This document shows positions 28,695-38,243 of a stretch of DNA of 55,284 bases, piece by piece. Each line of letters opens with the position of its first letter. Position 1 is the first letter of the stretch. Under the pieces are notes generated by a model. The model saw only the letters and a list, made by a program, of their open reading frames with translations, did no database searches and had not been told where the DNA came from. Origin of the DNA: Bacteroidota bacterium. GTDB taxonomy: Bacteria; Bacteroidota; Bacteroidia; Bacteroidales; ML635J-15. The stretch covers positions 1-55,284 of the forward strand of contig JAYENB010000159.1 of assembly GCA_034721855.1 (NCBI GenBank). The letters are read 5' to 3'. The position numbers and the translations under genes are program-made.

Positions 28695-28919
28695 CACGAT
28701 AGCACGATAGCACGAAAGCACGATTGCATGAGATTTCAAGGGATATAGCTTTATTTTTTTTGTGTATTCTGATTATTTATCCTTATCATGGCATCACCCC
28801 ATCGCCAGCTCGCCAACTCACCAACTCGCCCCATCGTGAATTCATGCTGTCGTAACATCGTCACATCTCCCTATCAAGCCATCTCGCTATCGTCATTTCT
28901 CAGCGTCTCAGCGTCTTTG
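28695..28919. repeat. Degenerate 8-bp-periodic tracts in opposed orientation
   Basis: One tract reads cacgatag|cacgatag|cacgaaag|cacgattg|catgagat (28695-28734). The other has 16 octamers at 28792-28919, all with TC at positions 3-4 (catcaccc|catcgcca|gctcgcca|actcacca|...|cgtctcag|cgtctttg). Confidence 0.7.
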
Positions 28920-29000
28920 CGGTAACAGGCGGTAAAAATTTATGGGACTGAATAGCTACACGCACTTTTATGTCAATGAAAATATCATTATCTTCGGCAC

Positions 29001-30446
29001 ATGACACCACTGATAATCCTTGGATTAATACTGGGCTATTTTCTGTTGCTCATGCTGGTATCGCAACTGACTTCCCGGGGTGCAAACAATGCGAGTTTTT
29101 TTCTTGGCAACCGTAAATCACCCTGGTTTGTTGTAGCATTTGGGATGCTGGGGGCATCTCTTTCCGGGGTAACTTTTATTTCTGTCCCAGGATGGGTACT
29201 GGATACAGATTTTACTTACATGCAAATGGTGCTTGGGTATTTTCTGGGATACCTTACCATTGCCTTTGTCCTGTTGCCTCTATACTATAAGCTAAACCTC
29301 ACCTCCATATACGGATACCTGGATAAACGCTTCGGTTTGTCGGCCTACAAAACGGGGGCAGCATTTTTTCTGCTCAGCAGAATTATCGGGGCGTCTTTTC
29401 GCCTGTATATTGTGGCTTCGGTATTGCAACTCGTTGTTTTTGATGCATGGAATATTCCGTTTTTTATAACGGTCATTATTACCATTGTTTTTATCTGGCT
29501 ATATACCCATCGCGGTGGAATAAAAACCATCATCTGGACAGACATGATGCAAACAACACTGATGCTTACAGCATTGATTGCCACCATCATTATCATCAGC
29601 AAACAAATGGATTTATCGGCCATAGGATTGATTAACGCCATCAAAGAAAGTGAGTATTCCCGCATGTTTGTTTTTGATGACTGGCAAAGCCGGCAGCATT
29701 TTGTAAAACAGTTTTTGTCCGGCATGCTTATTACCATTGTCATGACAGGCCTTGATCAGGACATGATGCAGAAAAACCTGTCGTGCCGCAACCTGAAAGA
29801 CGCCAAAACCAACATGATTAGTTACGGGTTTGCTTTTATCCCGTTTAATTTACTTTTCCTTGGACTGGGCGTGCTTTTGGTGATTTTCTCACAAAGCAAA
29901 GGTATTTCTCTCCCCACCGATGGTGATGCCCTTTTTCCATTGCTGGCCAAAACACATTTGGGAAACGTTGTTCTGGCGCTGTTTATCCTTGGCCTTACAG
30001 CCTCAGCCTATTCATCAGCTGATTCTGCCCTCACAGCACTAACCACCTCATTCACCGTGGATATCCTGCAAGCTGATAAATTGCCGGAAAGAAACCTGAA
30101 AAAAATCAGAAAACAGGTTCATGTTGGTATGTCAGTGATGCTGATAATTGTTGTCCTTATATTTGGTATGGTAAAAGACAGGTCAGTGGTGGATTCCATA
30201 TTTACCGTTGCCAGCTACACATACGGGCCTCTATTCGGGATGTTTGCCTTTGGAATTCTTACAAAACAGCAACTCAGAATGAAGTTTGTTGTTCCCATTG
30301 CAATCCTGGCACCCATTCTGAGTTATTTTATCAATCAGTTAACACAAGCCCTCTGGGGATATGCTTTTGCGTACGAGCTGTTGCTAATAAATGGAGGCTT
30401 GTGTTATCTCGGGTTGTGGCTGGTGTCATACCGCAAAAGAGATTAA
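29001..30446 (+). CDS. Sodium:solute symporter family transporter
   Basis: It is a 481 aa polytopic membrane protein with an SSF-like pattern (GNRKSPWFVVAFGMLGASLSGVTFISVPG). Confidence 0.85.
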   Translation: MTPLIILGLILGYFLLLMLVSQLTSRGANNASFFLGNRKSPWFVVAFGMLGASLSGVTFISVPGWVLDTDFTYMQMVLGYFLGYLTIAFVLLPLYYKLNLTSIYGYLDKRFGLSAYKTGAAFFLLSRIIGASFRLYIVASVLQLVVFDAWNIPFFITVIITIVFIWLYTHRGGIKTIIWTDMMQTTLMLTALIATIIIISKQMDLSAIGLINAIKESEYSRMFVFDDWQSRQHFVKQFLSGMLITIVMTGLDQDMMQKNLSCRNLKDAKTNMISYGFAFIPFNLLFLGLGVLLVIFSQSKGISLPTDGDALFPLLAKTHLGNVVLALFILGLTASAYSSADSALTALTTSFTVDILQADKLPERNLKKIRKQVHVGMSVMLIIVVLIFGMVKDRSVVDSIFTVASYTYGPLFGMFAFGILTKQQLRMKFVVPIAILAPILSYFINQLTQALWGYAFAYELLLINGGLCYLGLWLVSYRKRD

Positions 30447-30492
30447 AAACTATAGGGCTTTCGAAAATCCAACACAAAATCAAATAAGAAAA

Positions 30493-31005
30493 TCATACAA
30501 TGCCGTCACTACAATAATCTTTGCGGGCACAGGTTTTGCAGTATTTTCCCATCCACACCTCATCAAATTGGTTTATAGCAGCTTCAACAACAACAGGATC
30601 ATCCGTAAAAATACCGGCTTCAATATTTCTTCTGTCCTTTGATTTTGCTCCCATGCCCGCACCTGTCATATTGGCTGAACCAATATAAACCACTTTCATA
30701 TCTATGATGATTATTTTAAAATGCACACGCGGGCAAAGCATGCGTTCCAGGTTTTTTAACAATCCTGGGTATTTATCAAAATCCTTTCTGAAATTTTGCC
30801 CCGGTTCTTTGGCATGGATGAGCCTCACGGAAACATTCCGCTTCAGTGCATCGGATAATACTTTTAAATAAGGAACATATACGGATTTATACTTCACATG
30901 CAAATCTTTAATATCGGCGGTTCCTATCCAAAGCAATCTTTTTGCATTGAAACTGGCTTTCAAAACTTCATTGTAATGGTCGCTGTCAGAAATATATTGC
31001 ATCAT
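30493..31005 (-). CDS. Single-HKD phospholipase D-like (Nuc-like) domain protein
   Basis: An HKD motif HFKIIIID....YIGSANMT is present. The protein is 170 aa with a Cys-rich tail GKYCKTCARKDYC. Confidence 0.75.
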   Translation of the reverse strand: MMQYISDSDHYNEVLKASFNAKRLLWIGTADIKDLHVKYKSVYVPYLKVLSDALKRNVSVRLIHAKEPGQNFRKDFDKYPGLLKNLERMLCPRVHFKIIIIDMKVVYIGSANMTGAGMGAKSKDRRNIEAGIFTDDPVVVEAAINQFDEVWMGKYCKTCARKDYCSDGIV

Positions 31006-31210
31006 AACAATACCAAAACTAATGAATTTTTACAAAACCCAACCCGGATAAACCGGGAAGTTCAAAATTAAAAAAAACGAAGTTCAAAGACCTGTCCCGA
31101 ACTCGTTTCGGGATAAATATAAAAATAAACTTGAATATTGTATCAATGAAAAATATTTTTTATATATTTACATGTGAAAATTATTATTTAATATAAAAAT
31201 TGTGAATGAT

Positions 31211-32071
31211 ATGAGAAAACTAATACTTACTTTTGCCGTATTGCTTGTTTGTATTCCTGCGTTATTTTCCCAAACTATTTATGATAACGCCCAGGACGGA
31301 AAATTGTTTTTCAAAATAAAAGACAATGTCCGTGTGCTGATGCCGGCGAAAAACAACGATATTTCATTTGCTGATGTGGGGTTTTTATCGGATATCCTGG
31401 ATGCATATCAAATCACATCCTTAGAAAAAGCATTTGATCTAAAATGTGGCAGCAGCAAACTCGACCGGATTTATCTGATGCAGTTTGCTAATTACGAACA
31501 GGTTGACAACATTATCCGTGACCTGGAATCCATTGAAAATATTGTAGAATATGCAGAAAAGGTGCCTTTACCCAAACCATTTTACAGCCCCAACGATTCA
31601 TTTTACACATCAACGGAATGGGGATACAACTGGAATTGGTACCTTGATGTGATCAATGCAGAAGATGCCTGGGACATTTCAAACGGAGACAGTAATATCA
31701 AAGTAGCTGTGGTTGATAATGCCATCTGGGCAGATCATCCTGACCTAACAAACAAAGTGGTGGCCCAATACAATGCAGTTACAGGCACTGAAGGCAATTC
31801 CAGCCCCCCGACATCCGTACCACAGGACAACTCTGAAACGGCTTACGAATGGTCACATGGCACACATTGCGCAGGCCTTGTTGGTGCCGAAACCGACAAC
31901 AACCTGGGTATTGCATCCATAGGGTATAATGTAAGCCTCATGACAGCAAGAAGTTCTGAAGATAACGGTGACATGACTTCTACAGTTTATGGTGTACAAT
32001 GGGCTGCCAACAACGGTGCAGATGTTATCAGCATGTCATACGGTAGTTCATCATACAATTCCTCTATGTAG
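31211..32071 (+). CDS. S8 subtilisin-like peptidase, N-terminal part (signal peptide, propeptide, catalytic Asp and His), ending at an in-frame TAG
   Basis: The signal peptide is MRKLILTFAVLLVCIPALFSQ. The catalytic Asp lies in VAVVDNAIW and the catalytic His in HGTHCAG. The stop is TAG at 32069-32071. Confidence 0.85.
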   Translation: MRKLILTFAVLLVCIPALFSQTIYDNAQDGKLFFKIKDNVRVLMPAKNNDISFADVGFLSDILDAYQITSLEKAFDLKCGSSKLDRIYLMQFANYEQVDNIIRDLESIENIVEYAEKVPLPKPFYSPNDSFYTSTEWGYNWNWYLDVINAEDAWDISNGDSNIKVAVVDNAIWADHPDLTNKVVAQYNAVTGTEGNSSPPTSVPQDNSETAYEWSHGTHCAGLVGAETDNNLGIASIGYNVSLMTARSSEDNGDMTSTVYGVQWAANNGADVISMSYGSSSYNSSM

Positions 32072-32107
32072 ACATTTTTTCAGGACATCAAAGATTATGG
32101 CATTACA

Positions 32108-35100
32108 TTGGTGGCTGCTGCCGGTAACGATGGTGTTTCTACCGAACATTACCCTGCAGCCTATTCCTCCGTCATTGCTGTGGGAGCTTCAGATGCAGAC
32201 GATCAGTTGTCTTCCTTTTCACAATACAGTTCATGGGTGGACATTGCATCCCCGGGTGGATTTTCGCCCTCCGGTTCTGCCACTAATAAAATCAGTTTGA
32301 CAAGCACAACCTATTGCGAAGCTTATGTAGCTGGGGCAGTACCTATGTTTACCGGTGAAAATTATGATCTCATGCAGGGAACATCCATGGCATGCCCAGT
32401 GGCTGCTGGCCTAATGGGGTTAATGGTTTCTTTAAATCCCGATCTTACCCCCGACGAAGTGCTTTCTTGCCTTCAAACCACAGCGGATCCTTTGACAGGG
32501 GGAAATCCCATCAGTACAGACGGAGGCAGAATCAATGCTTACGAGGCAATGCAATGCGTTTTAGCCACCCTCAATCAACCTCCGCTCGCAGATTTTTCTG
32601 CCATTCCAACCACATTGGCTGTCGGAAATACGGTAACATTTACCGAATCATGCACAGGCACGGTGGATTCGTATAGCTGGAGTTTTTCCGGTGGTTCGCC
32701 TTCCACTGCAACCGGAGCCGGTCCGCATGTCATACAATATGACACAGCAGGCCAGTATGATGTGTCCCTCACAGCGAATAACGCTTATGGATCGGATACC
32801 GAAACAAAATCCGCTTATATCACTGTAGTGGAAGCCACCGCTGAATGTGATACCCTAGCAAATATCCATGAAGACGATACGCTTACTTATTATATCACAG
32901 CAGATGGCTATGTTTCCGGCCATAATGAGTACACTTTTAAAGAATTTGCTGAATATTTTTCTGCTTCTCCGGCATACAGCATGACCGGGGTTGTCATTGG
33001 TGTAGCAAAAGCAGACGCATTGTCTGCAGATCCCAAAATAACACTGAAAGTCTGGGATGACAACACCGGAGAACCAGGGAATGAACTCTATACAGAGGAT
33101 GTTGACATTTCATCACTCACTGCAGGTTCATACAACTCACTGGATTTCCAGAATGAAGTAGCTGTCCCTCCCGAGTTTTATGTGGGATATGAAATCTATT
33201 ACAATTCACCTCAGGATACATTTGCCTTGTACATGGCACAAGACAGGGGAGACAGTTCTCCATACAACCCAACAGCTTATACTACTTATAGTGGTGCATG
33301 GAGTAACCTTGATGATCTTTTTTCAGGTGGTTTAAATACCGCTTATGTCATTTATCCTGTTTTTTGTCCGCCTGAACCTACTGCTGATTTTTCTGCAGAC
33401 CAGCATGAGGGCTGTGATTCTTTAACGGTATCCTTTACGGATGAAAGTTCTGCCAACACTACCTCATGGTATTGGGATTTCGATGACGGTGATACTTCCA
33501 ATGTGCAAAATCCTGTTCATACATTTGATGCACCCGGAACGTATTATGTTACGTTGATTGCCTCCAATGACGGGGGATCCGACAGTCATTCTGATATGGT
33601 ACAAGTGTATGCCACCCCGGCATGTGATTTGGGCCCGGATGTTGCTGTTTGTGCTGATGAAACACCGGTTTCCCTTAATCCCGGGTCTGATCCTGATTAT
33701 GATTATCAGTGGACAGGTGGAGGGACAACACCTTCGCTGTTAGCAGACACGTCAGGGACATACCATGTGACGGTTACCAATGAAATATGTTCAGCTACTG
33801 ATGAGATTGCCCTTACTGTAAATCCACTCACTGCAATCACGCAACAGCCGGATAGCAGTTATATGTGTATGTCTGAAAACCATACTTTAATGGTTGTAGC
33901 TGAGGGCGTCAATCTCACCTATCAGTGGCAAAAAGACGGGGCCGATATCACAGGAGCTACAGCAGATGCATACACAATCAACAATGTTAATATTACTGAT
34001 GAAGGCGATTACAACTGCATTGTGTCAGGTACATGCGATACTATCAGTTCTGATACCGTGGCATTAAGTATTGGCATCACAACACTAATCACATCACAAC
34101 CATCCGGCGCAACCCTCTGCGAAGGGGATAATCACACATTTACAATCACCGCCACAGGCAGCAATTTATCATACCAATGGAAGAAAAACGGAATGAATGT
34201 AGGAACAAATGATCCGTCAATAACCCTAAACAGCATTACACTTTCCGATGCTGGTGATTATACCTGTGTGGTAACTGGAGAATGTGGTGAAGCAACATCA
34301 AGCTCAGCAACATTAGCTGTCAATCCCATGACACAAATAACTGATCAGCCTGCAGATGCTTTTGTATGCCAGGGAGATAATCATACGTTTATTGTTGTTG
34401 TTACAGGCGATAATCTCACGTATCAATGGCAAAAAGATGGTATTGATATTCCCTCCGCCACATCGGATTCATACACAATCAACAACGTTGGATTTGCCGA
34501 TGAAGGCAATTATCAATGCATTGTATCAGGCAATTGTGGTATGCTTACTTCGAATGAAGTGGAATTAATTTACGGAAGTGCAGAAATCACATCACATCCC
34601 GATGATGCCATTGTTTGCGAGGGAGATAATCACACCTTTAATATCACAGCAACAGGAAATTATTTGTCATACCAGTGGAAGAAAGATGGTGTGGATATTG
34701 GCATCAATTCTCCATCCCTGACAATCACTAATGTGTCTATGGCGAATGTAGGTATTTATCACTGTATTGTATCAACCCCAGTGTGTGGAGACATAACATC
34801 CGATAATGCCGGATTAAGTGTCAGCACAATGCCTTATATTGTGATTGATTCAACGGGCCCCTTGTGCACACAGGATGCGGCTGTTACTTTATCTGCATCC
34901 CCCTCAGGAGGAACGTGGAGTGGTACCGGTGTTAGCGGAAACAGTTTTGATCCTGCAGCAGCAGGAACAGGTTATCATACCATTGCCTATGAAGCTACAA
35001 ACGGCGTATGTACCCGGACAGATTCAACACACATTCTTGTGGGCAGCCAGCCAGTTGTGGATACAAGCATTGTAGATGCATCATCATCCGTTGCCAGCGA

Positions 35101-35527
35101 TGGTTCTGTATCAGCCAGTGCCAGCGGAGGTATATCTCCATACAGCTATGCATGGTCAAATGGAGATAACGACAGTAACATGGAAAATGTCCCTGCAGGG
35201 GAATATTCACTTACCGTAGCTGATGTTGCCGGTTGTGAAACCGTCCTCTCTCCCATCACCATAGATTTCCCGGATGTAATGTCACAAGCCAATCAATCCC
35301 GTATTCGGATATATCCAAATCCTACAGACAAAGCTCTTTTTATCTACACTGGACAGATGAATACTGGGAATATTGACATACTCAATGTGCTGGGGCAACG
35401 TATCCTCCACAAAACATTTCATTCAAATGAACTTCAATTGAATGTGGAAGATATAGAATCCGGGATGTACTTTATCCGTATTTATAATGAAAAGACTGAT
35501 ATTGTACGTAAGGTAAAGATATATTAA
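32108..35527 (+). CDS. S8 peptidase continuation: catalytic Ser region, two PKD domains, four Ig-like repeats, an SprB-like repeat and a T9SS CTD
   Basis: It is in the same frame as 31211..32071 and open from 32072. Motifs AAAGNDG and GTSMACP (catalytic Ser) are present. PKD-like ADFSA...WSFSGG and WDFDDGDTS are present. The C-terminus reads IRIYPNPTDKALFI...MYFIRIYNEKTDIVRKVKIY. Confidence 0.85.
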   Translation: MVAAAGNDGVSTEHYPAAYSSVIAVGASDADDQLSSFSQYSSWVDIASPGGFSPSGSATNKISLTSTTYCEAYVAGAVPMFTGENYDLMQGTSMACPVAAGLMGLMVSLNPDLTPDEVLSCLQTTADPLTGGNPISTDGGRINAYEAMQCVLATLNQPPLADFSAIPTTLAVGNTVTFTESCTGTVDSYSWSFSGGSPSTATGAGPHVIQYDTAGQYDVSLTANNAYGSDTETKSAYITVVEATAECDTLANIHEDDTLTYYITADGYVSGHNEYTFKEFAEYFSASPAYSMTGVVIGVAKADALSADPKITLKVWDDNTGEPGNELYTEDVDISSLTAGSYNSLDFQNEVAVPPEFYVGYEIYYNSPQDTFALYMAQDRGDSSPYNPTAYTTYSGAWSNLDDLFSGGLNTAYVIYPVFCPPEPTADFSADQHEGCDSLTVSFTDESSANTTSWYWDFDDGDTSNVQNPVHTFDAPGTYYVTLIASNDGGSDSHSDMVQVYATPACDLGPDVAVCADETPVSLNPGSDPDYDYQWTGGGTTPSLLADTSGTYHVTVTNEICSATDEIALTVNPLTAITQQPDSSYMCMSENHTLMVVAEGVNLTYQWQKDGADITGATADAYTINNVNITDEGDYNCIVSGTCDTISSDTVALSIGITTLITSQPSGATLCEGDNHTFTITATGSNLSYQWKKNGMNVGTNDPSITLNSITLSDAGDYTCVVTGECGEATSSSATLAVNPMTQITDQPADAFVCQGDNHTFIVVVTGDNLTYQWQKDGIDIPSATSDSYTINNVGFADEGNYQCIVSGNCGMLTSNEVELIYGSAEITSHPDDAIVCEGDNHTFNITATGNYLSYQWKKDGVDIGINSPSLTITNVSMANVGIYHCIVSTPVCGDITSDNAGLSVSTMPYIVIDSTGPLCTQDAAVTLSASPSGGTWSGTGVSGNSFDPAAAGTGYHTIAYEATNGVCTRTDSTHILVGSQPVVDTSIVDASSSVASDGSVSASASGGISPYSYAWSNGDNDSNMENVPAGEYSLTVADVAGCETVLSPITIDFPDVMSQANQSRIRIYPNPTDKALFIYTGQMNTGNIDILNVLGQRILHKTFHSNELQLNVEDIESGMYFIRIYNEKTDIVRKVKIY
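33818..34825 (+). repeat. Four tandem 83-84-codon Ig-like repeats inside the S8 peptidase gene, in A-B-A-B order
   Basis: Units 1 and 3 share LTYQWQKDG.DI..AT.D.YTINNV...DEG.Y.CIVSG.CG. Units 2 and 4 share CEGDNHTF.ITATG..LSYQWKK.G...G.N.PS.T. Confidence 0.75.
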
Positions 35528-35581
35528 ATACAGCTTTATAGGTTTGAGATACTGATTTAAACCGCTTATTTTAAGGCCACT

Positions 35582-36520
35582 TTAATAATCATTCGCTTTA
35601 AGCAATGTCAATAAGCGGTTATTGAATTCCCTGACGCCTGTCTGATTCAAATGTTGACTATCATAAAAATGCAGTGTGTCAGTGAGCTGCATGATCTCAT
35701 TGAAGTTGTAATAATCGCCGTGGGTATGCATAATGCTATCAAAGGTTTCAACATTGGTAAAGCTCGTGTATAAATCATTGGCAACAGGCGTATAAACAAG
35801 GATATATTCAATTTTCTCGCGTTTGAGATCAGCAATGTTTTTTTTAAAGGCTTCCAATTGCATGTCCTTAAATTCAAATGTTTTTTTGGGTTTTGTTTTG
35901 GAGGTATAGTATTTCATCTTTTTCTCCACATATCCGCCGGGGATATATGTGTCCTTCCGCTTTGGCTTTACAAGTGGTTCCTCAAAATTCTTATTAACAT
36001 TAAAAAGGTCATTCATAAAAGCATACAATAAGGTATTATACACTTTTACATTGTTGATTTTAAAAGCCATCAGTAAAGATCTGAAATCATTTTTATCATT
36101 GGCTATGACATCCACTGCAGATTCAACCCCATCAGAAGCTAAAACATCCGGAGATACTTCAAAAATCACAAACCCGGGATTTATATCATTCAAATAGCGT
36201 TTTAGAAGCAATAGGGTTTGCACAGGTGTCTGTGATGACGAGCCCATGTTGAAGGTTTTATAACCCGCCTGTTCAAATATTCTTACATCAAAACCACGGT
36301 ATGCATGGGATGACCCAAGTATTAAGATATCAGGCTGATGCACATTTTTCACCTCCTGCATTCTCGTGTACATGTTACCATATGATCCGATGCGGTAATT
36401 CAGGTTGGGTTTATACCGCTGCGGCAGTAAATGGCCCCAGAAAAACAGCAACACACAGTAAACCAAAAAGCTCACTAAAAGAAACAGAAAAAACCGTGTT
36501 AAAAATTTTTGCATAAGCAA
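35582..36520 (-). CDS. Membrane-anchored SGNH/DltD-like protein, the likely partner of the adjacent MBOAT acyltransferase
   Basis: It has an N-terminal TM helix, a block-I-like ILGSSHAY and a C-terminal D-x-x-H (YDSQHL). It lies immediately downstream of the MBOAT gene on the same strand. Confidence 0.65.
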   Translation of the reverse strand: MLMQKFLTRFFLFLLVSFLVYCVLLFFWGHLLPQRYKPNLNYRIGSYGNMYTRMQEVKNVHQPDILILGSSHAYRGFDVRIFEQAGYKTFNMGSSSQTPVQTLLLLKRYLNDINPGFVIFEVSPDVLASDGVESAVDVIANDKNDFRSLLMAFKINNVKVYNTLLYAFMNDLFNVNKNFEEPLVKPKRKDTYIPGGYVEKKMKYYTSKTKPKKTFEFKDMQLEAFKKNIADLKREKIEYILVYTPVANDLYTSFTNVETFDSIMHTHGDYYNFNEIMQLTDTLHFYDSQHLNQTGVREFNNRLLTLLKANDY

Positions 36521-36528
36521 TGTTTGTT

Positions 36529-36791
36529 AAGGGGACTTCTATTAATTCTTTTCTTTCAAGAAACAAATTTAATGAATAATATGCAAGGCATAAATTTTTC
36601 TTAATAGCCATAGCTATTTAGAAAAATTTTAACGCAGTCAGATTGTTTATTAAATTTGTTCCCGTAGGGTTTTCAGCGTTTCTCATATACTGCTTTAAAT
36701 TTTTTGTATTATCCCGATAGTGCTTCAAAAATTTGCATTGTCTATGAAAAACGCTGAAAATCTTGATGCGAAAGAATTATTAGAAGTTCCC
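36529..36791. mobile_element. MITE-like palindromic filler between the MBOAT and SGNH genes
   Basis: The terminal inverted repeats are gggacttctattaat (36529-) and attattagaagttccc (-36791). An inner inverted pair is ggttttcagcgtttc / gaaaaacgctgaaaatc. A solo copy of the end (ggaacttctattaat) follows gap at about 23731. Confidence 0.45.
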
Positions 36792-38243
36792 TTAAAACTG
36801 AAAATATATAAATGGTGTCCCTTGGGTTTGCATGTACATGCCTATCAGAAAAACAACCCCTGCATACAATACCCATCTTACCGGCCGGGTGTATTTTGTC
36901 CCAACTGCAGATATCGCAAAATCTCCTTGCCTTCCCCGCCATTCTACAATCAGAAAAATCACCAGTAACATAACAATTGGCAGGGCTTTTGCCATACCGG
37001 CAAAACGAGGTGTGGCAAATGTCCCGTTTGTAAAAATTCCGCCCAGGTACTGAATGGCATGTGGCAGGTTTTCTGCCCTGAAAAACACCCAGGCAAAAAC
37101 CGTCAATAAAAAAGTAACCAGCATCCTGGAAAATTCACGTAAGCTTGGCAAATTCTTACCTTGTGCCACAATTTCCATGTGTTTCCGGTTCTTTTTGGAT
37201 AGCAATAGTGGCAAGAAAAACAACGCATTCAGGGCTCCCCAAATGATAAACGTCCAATTAGCTCCGTGCCAAAAGCCGCTGACAATAAAAATAATGAATG
37301 TGTTTCTGATTTGCATCCATTTACTGCCCCTGCTCCCTCCGAGTGGTATATACACATAATCCCTGAACCAGGTTGAAAGGGATATATGCCAGCGACGCCA
37401 AAATTCTGCAATGTCGCGTGAAAAGTACGGAAACGCAAAATTGCGCATCAGGTTAAAACCAAACAGGCGGGCTGTACCTATAGCAATATCAGAATATCCA
37501 GAAAAATCCCCGTATATCTGGAACGTAAAAAACAACACGCCCAAAAACAAAGTGCTCCCGTTCATTACATCTGAATGCGCAAAAATATGATCGGCAAATT
37601 GGGCGCAATTGTCAGCAATCACAATTTTTTTGAACAACCCCCACAAAATCTGCCGCATCCCGGACACCGCTTTTTCATAATCGAAATGCCTTTTCCTGAA
37701 AAATTGAGGCAGTAAATTGGTAGCCCGTTCAATAGGGCCTGCTACAAGCTGTGGGAAAAAACTCACAAATGCAGCAAAAGCAATAAATCGCCTCGTGGGC
37801 TGCATCTTCCGGCGATACACATCGATGGTATAACTCAGTGTCTGAAAGGTGTAAAAACTGATGCCCACCGGAAGAATGATGTTAAGCGATCGTCCCTGAA
37901 GCTCATATCCGAAAAAGGAAAAAGCAGCAACAAAATTATCGACAAAAAAATTGAAATATTTAAAAAAGCCCAGAAATCCCAAATTGACCAGGATACTTGT
38001 TAACAAAAGCAATTTACGTTTTGTTTTTCCTTCTTGTTTTTCCAGCCTCAGTCCAACAGTAAAATCCACTAAGGTGCTGAATACAATCAACGACAGGAAA
38101 CGCCAGTCCCACCAGCCATAAAACACATAACTGGCTACCACGATCAGCAGATTCTGCAGTTTTAGGTTTTTGTTGGTAACAAACCAATACAACACAAAAA
38201 CCAGCGGCAAAAATATGGCAAAGTCCAGCGAATTAAACAGCAT
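36792..38243 (-). CDS. MBOAT-family O-acyltransferase (AlgI/DltB-like)
   Basis: It is a 483 aa polytopic protein with the conserved FWRRWHISLSTWFRDYVYIPLGG and SGFWHG segments. Confidence 0.9.
   Translation of the reverse strand: MLFNSLDFAIFLPLVFVLYWFVTNKNLKLQNLLIVVASYVFYGWWDWRFLSLIVFSTLVDFTVGLRLEKQEGKTKRKLLLLTSILVNLGFLGFFKYFNFFVDNFVAAFSFFGYELQGRSLNIILPVGISFYTFQTLSYTIDVYRRKMQPTRRFIAFAAFVSFFPQLVAGPIERATNLLPQFFRKRHFDYEKAVSGMRQILWGLFKKIVIADNCAQFADHIFAHSDVMNGSTLFLGVLFFTFQIYGDFSGYSDIAIGTARLFGFNLMRNFAFPYFSRDIAEFWRRWHISLSTWFRDYVYIPLGGSRGSKWMQIRNTFIIFIVSGFWHGANWTFIIWGALNALFFLPLLLSKKNRKHMEIVAQGKNLPSLREFSRMLVTFLLTVFAWVFFRAENLPHAIQYLGGIFTNGTFATPRFAGMAKALPIVMLLVIFLIVEWRGRQGDFAISAVGTKYTRPVRWVLYAGVVFLIGMYMQTQGTPFIYFQF

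Noticed and set aside
28695-28919. The periodic tracts (octamers at 28.7 and 46.2 kb, decamers at 52.7 kb) could be a CRISPR array.
   Set aside because: The units are 8-10 bp with no unique spacers of about 30 bp between conserved repeats of 24 bp or more, and there are no cas genes in the window.
209-32071. TAG could be reassigned as a sense codon genome-wide, given the two in-frame TAGs.
   Set aside because: prmA (7009-7011) and lgt (46624-46626) both terminate at TAG at lengths normal for their families. TAG therefore functions as a stop here, and only local read-through or mutation remains possible.
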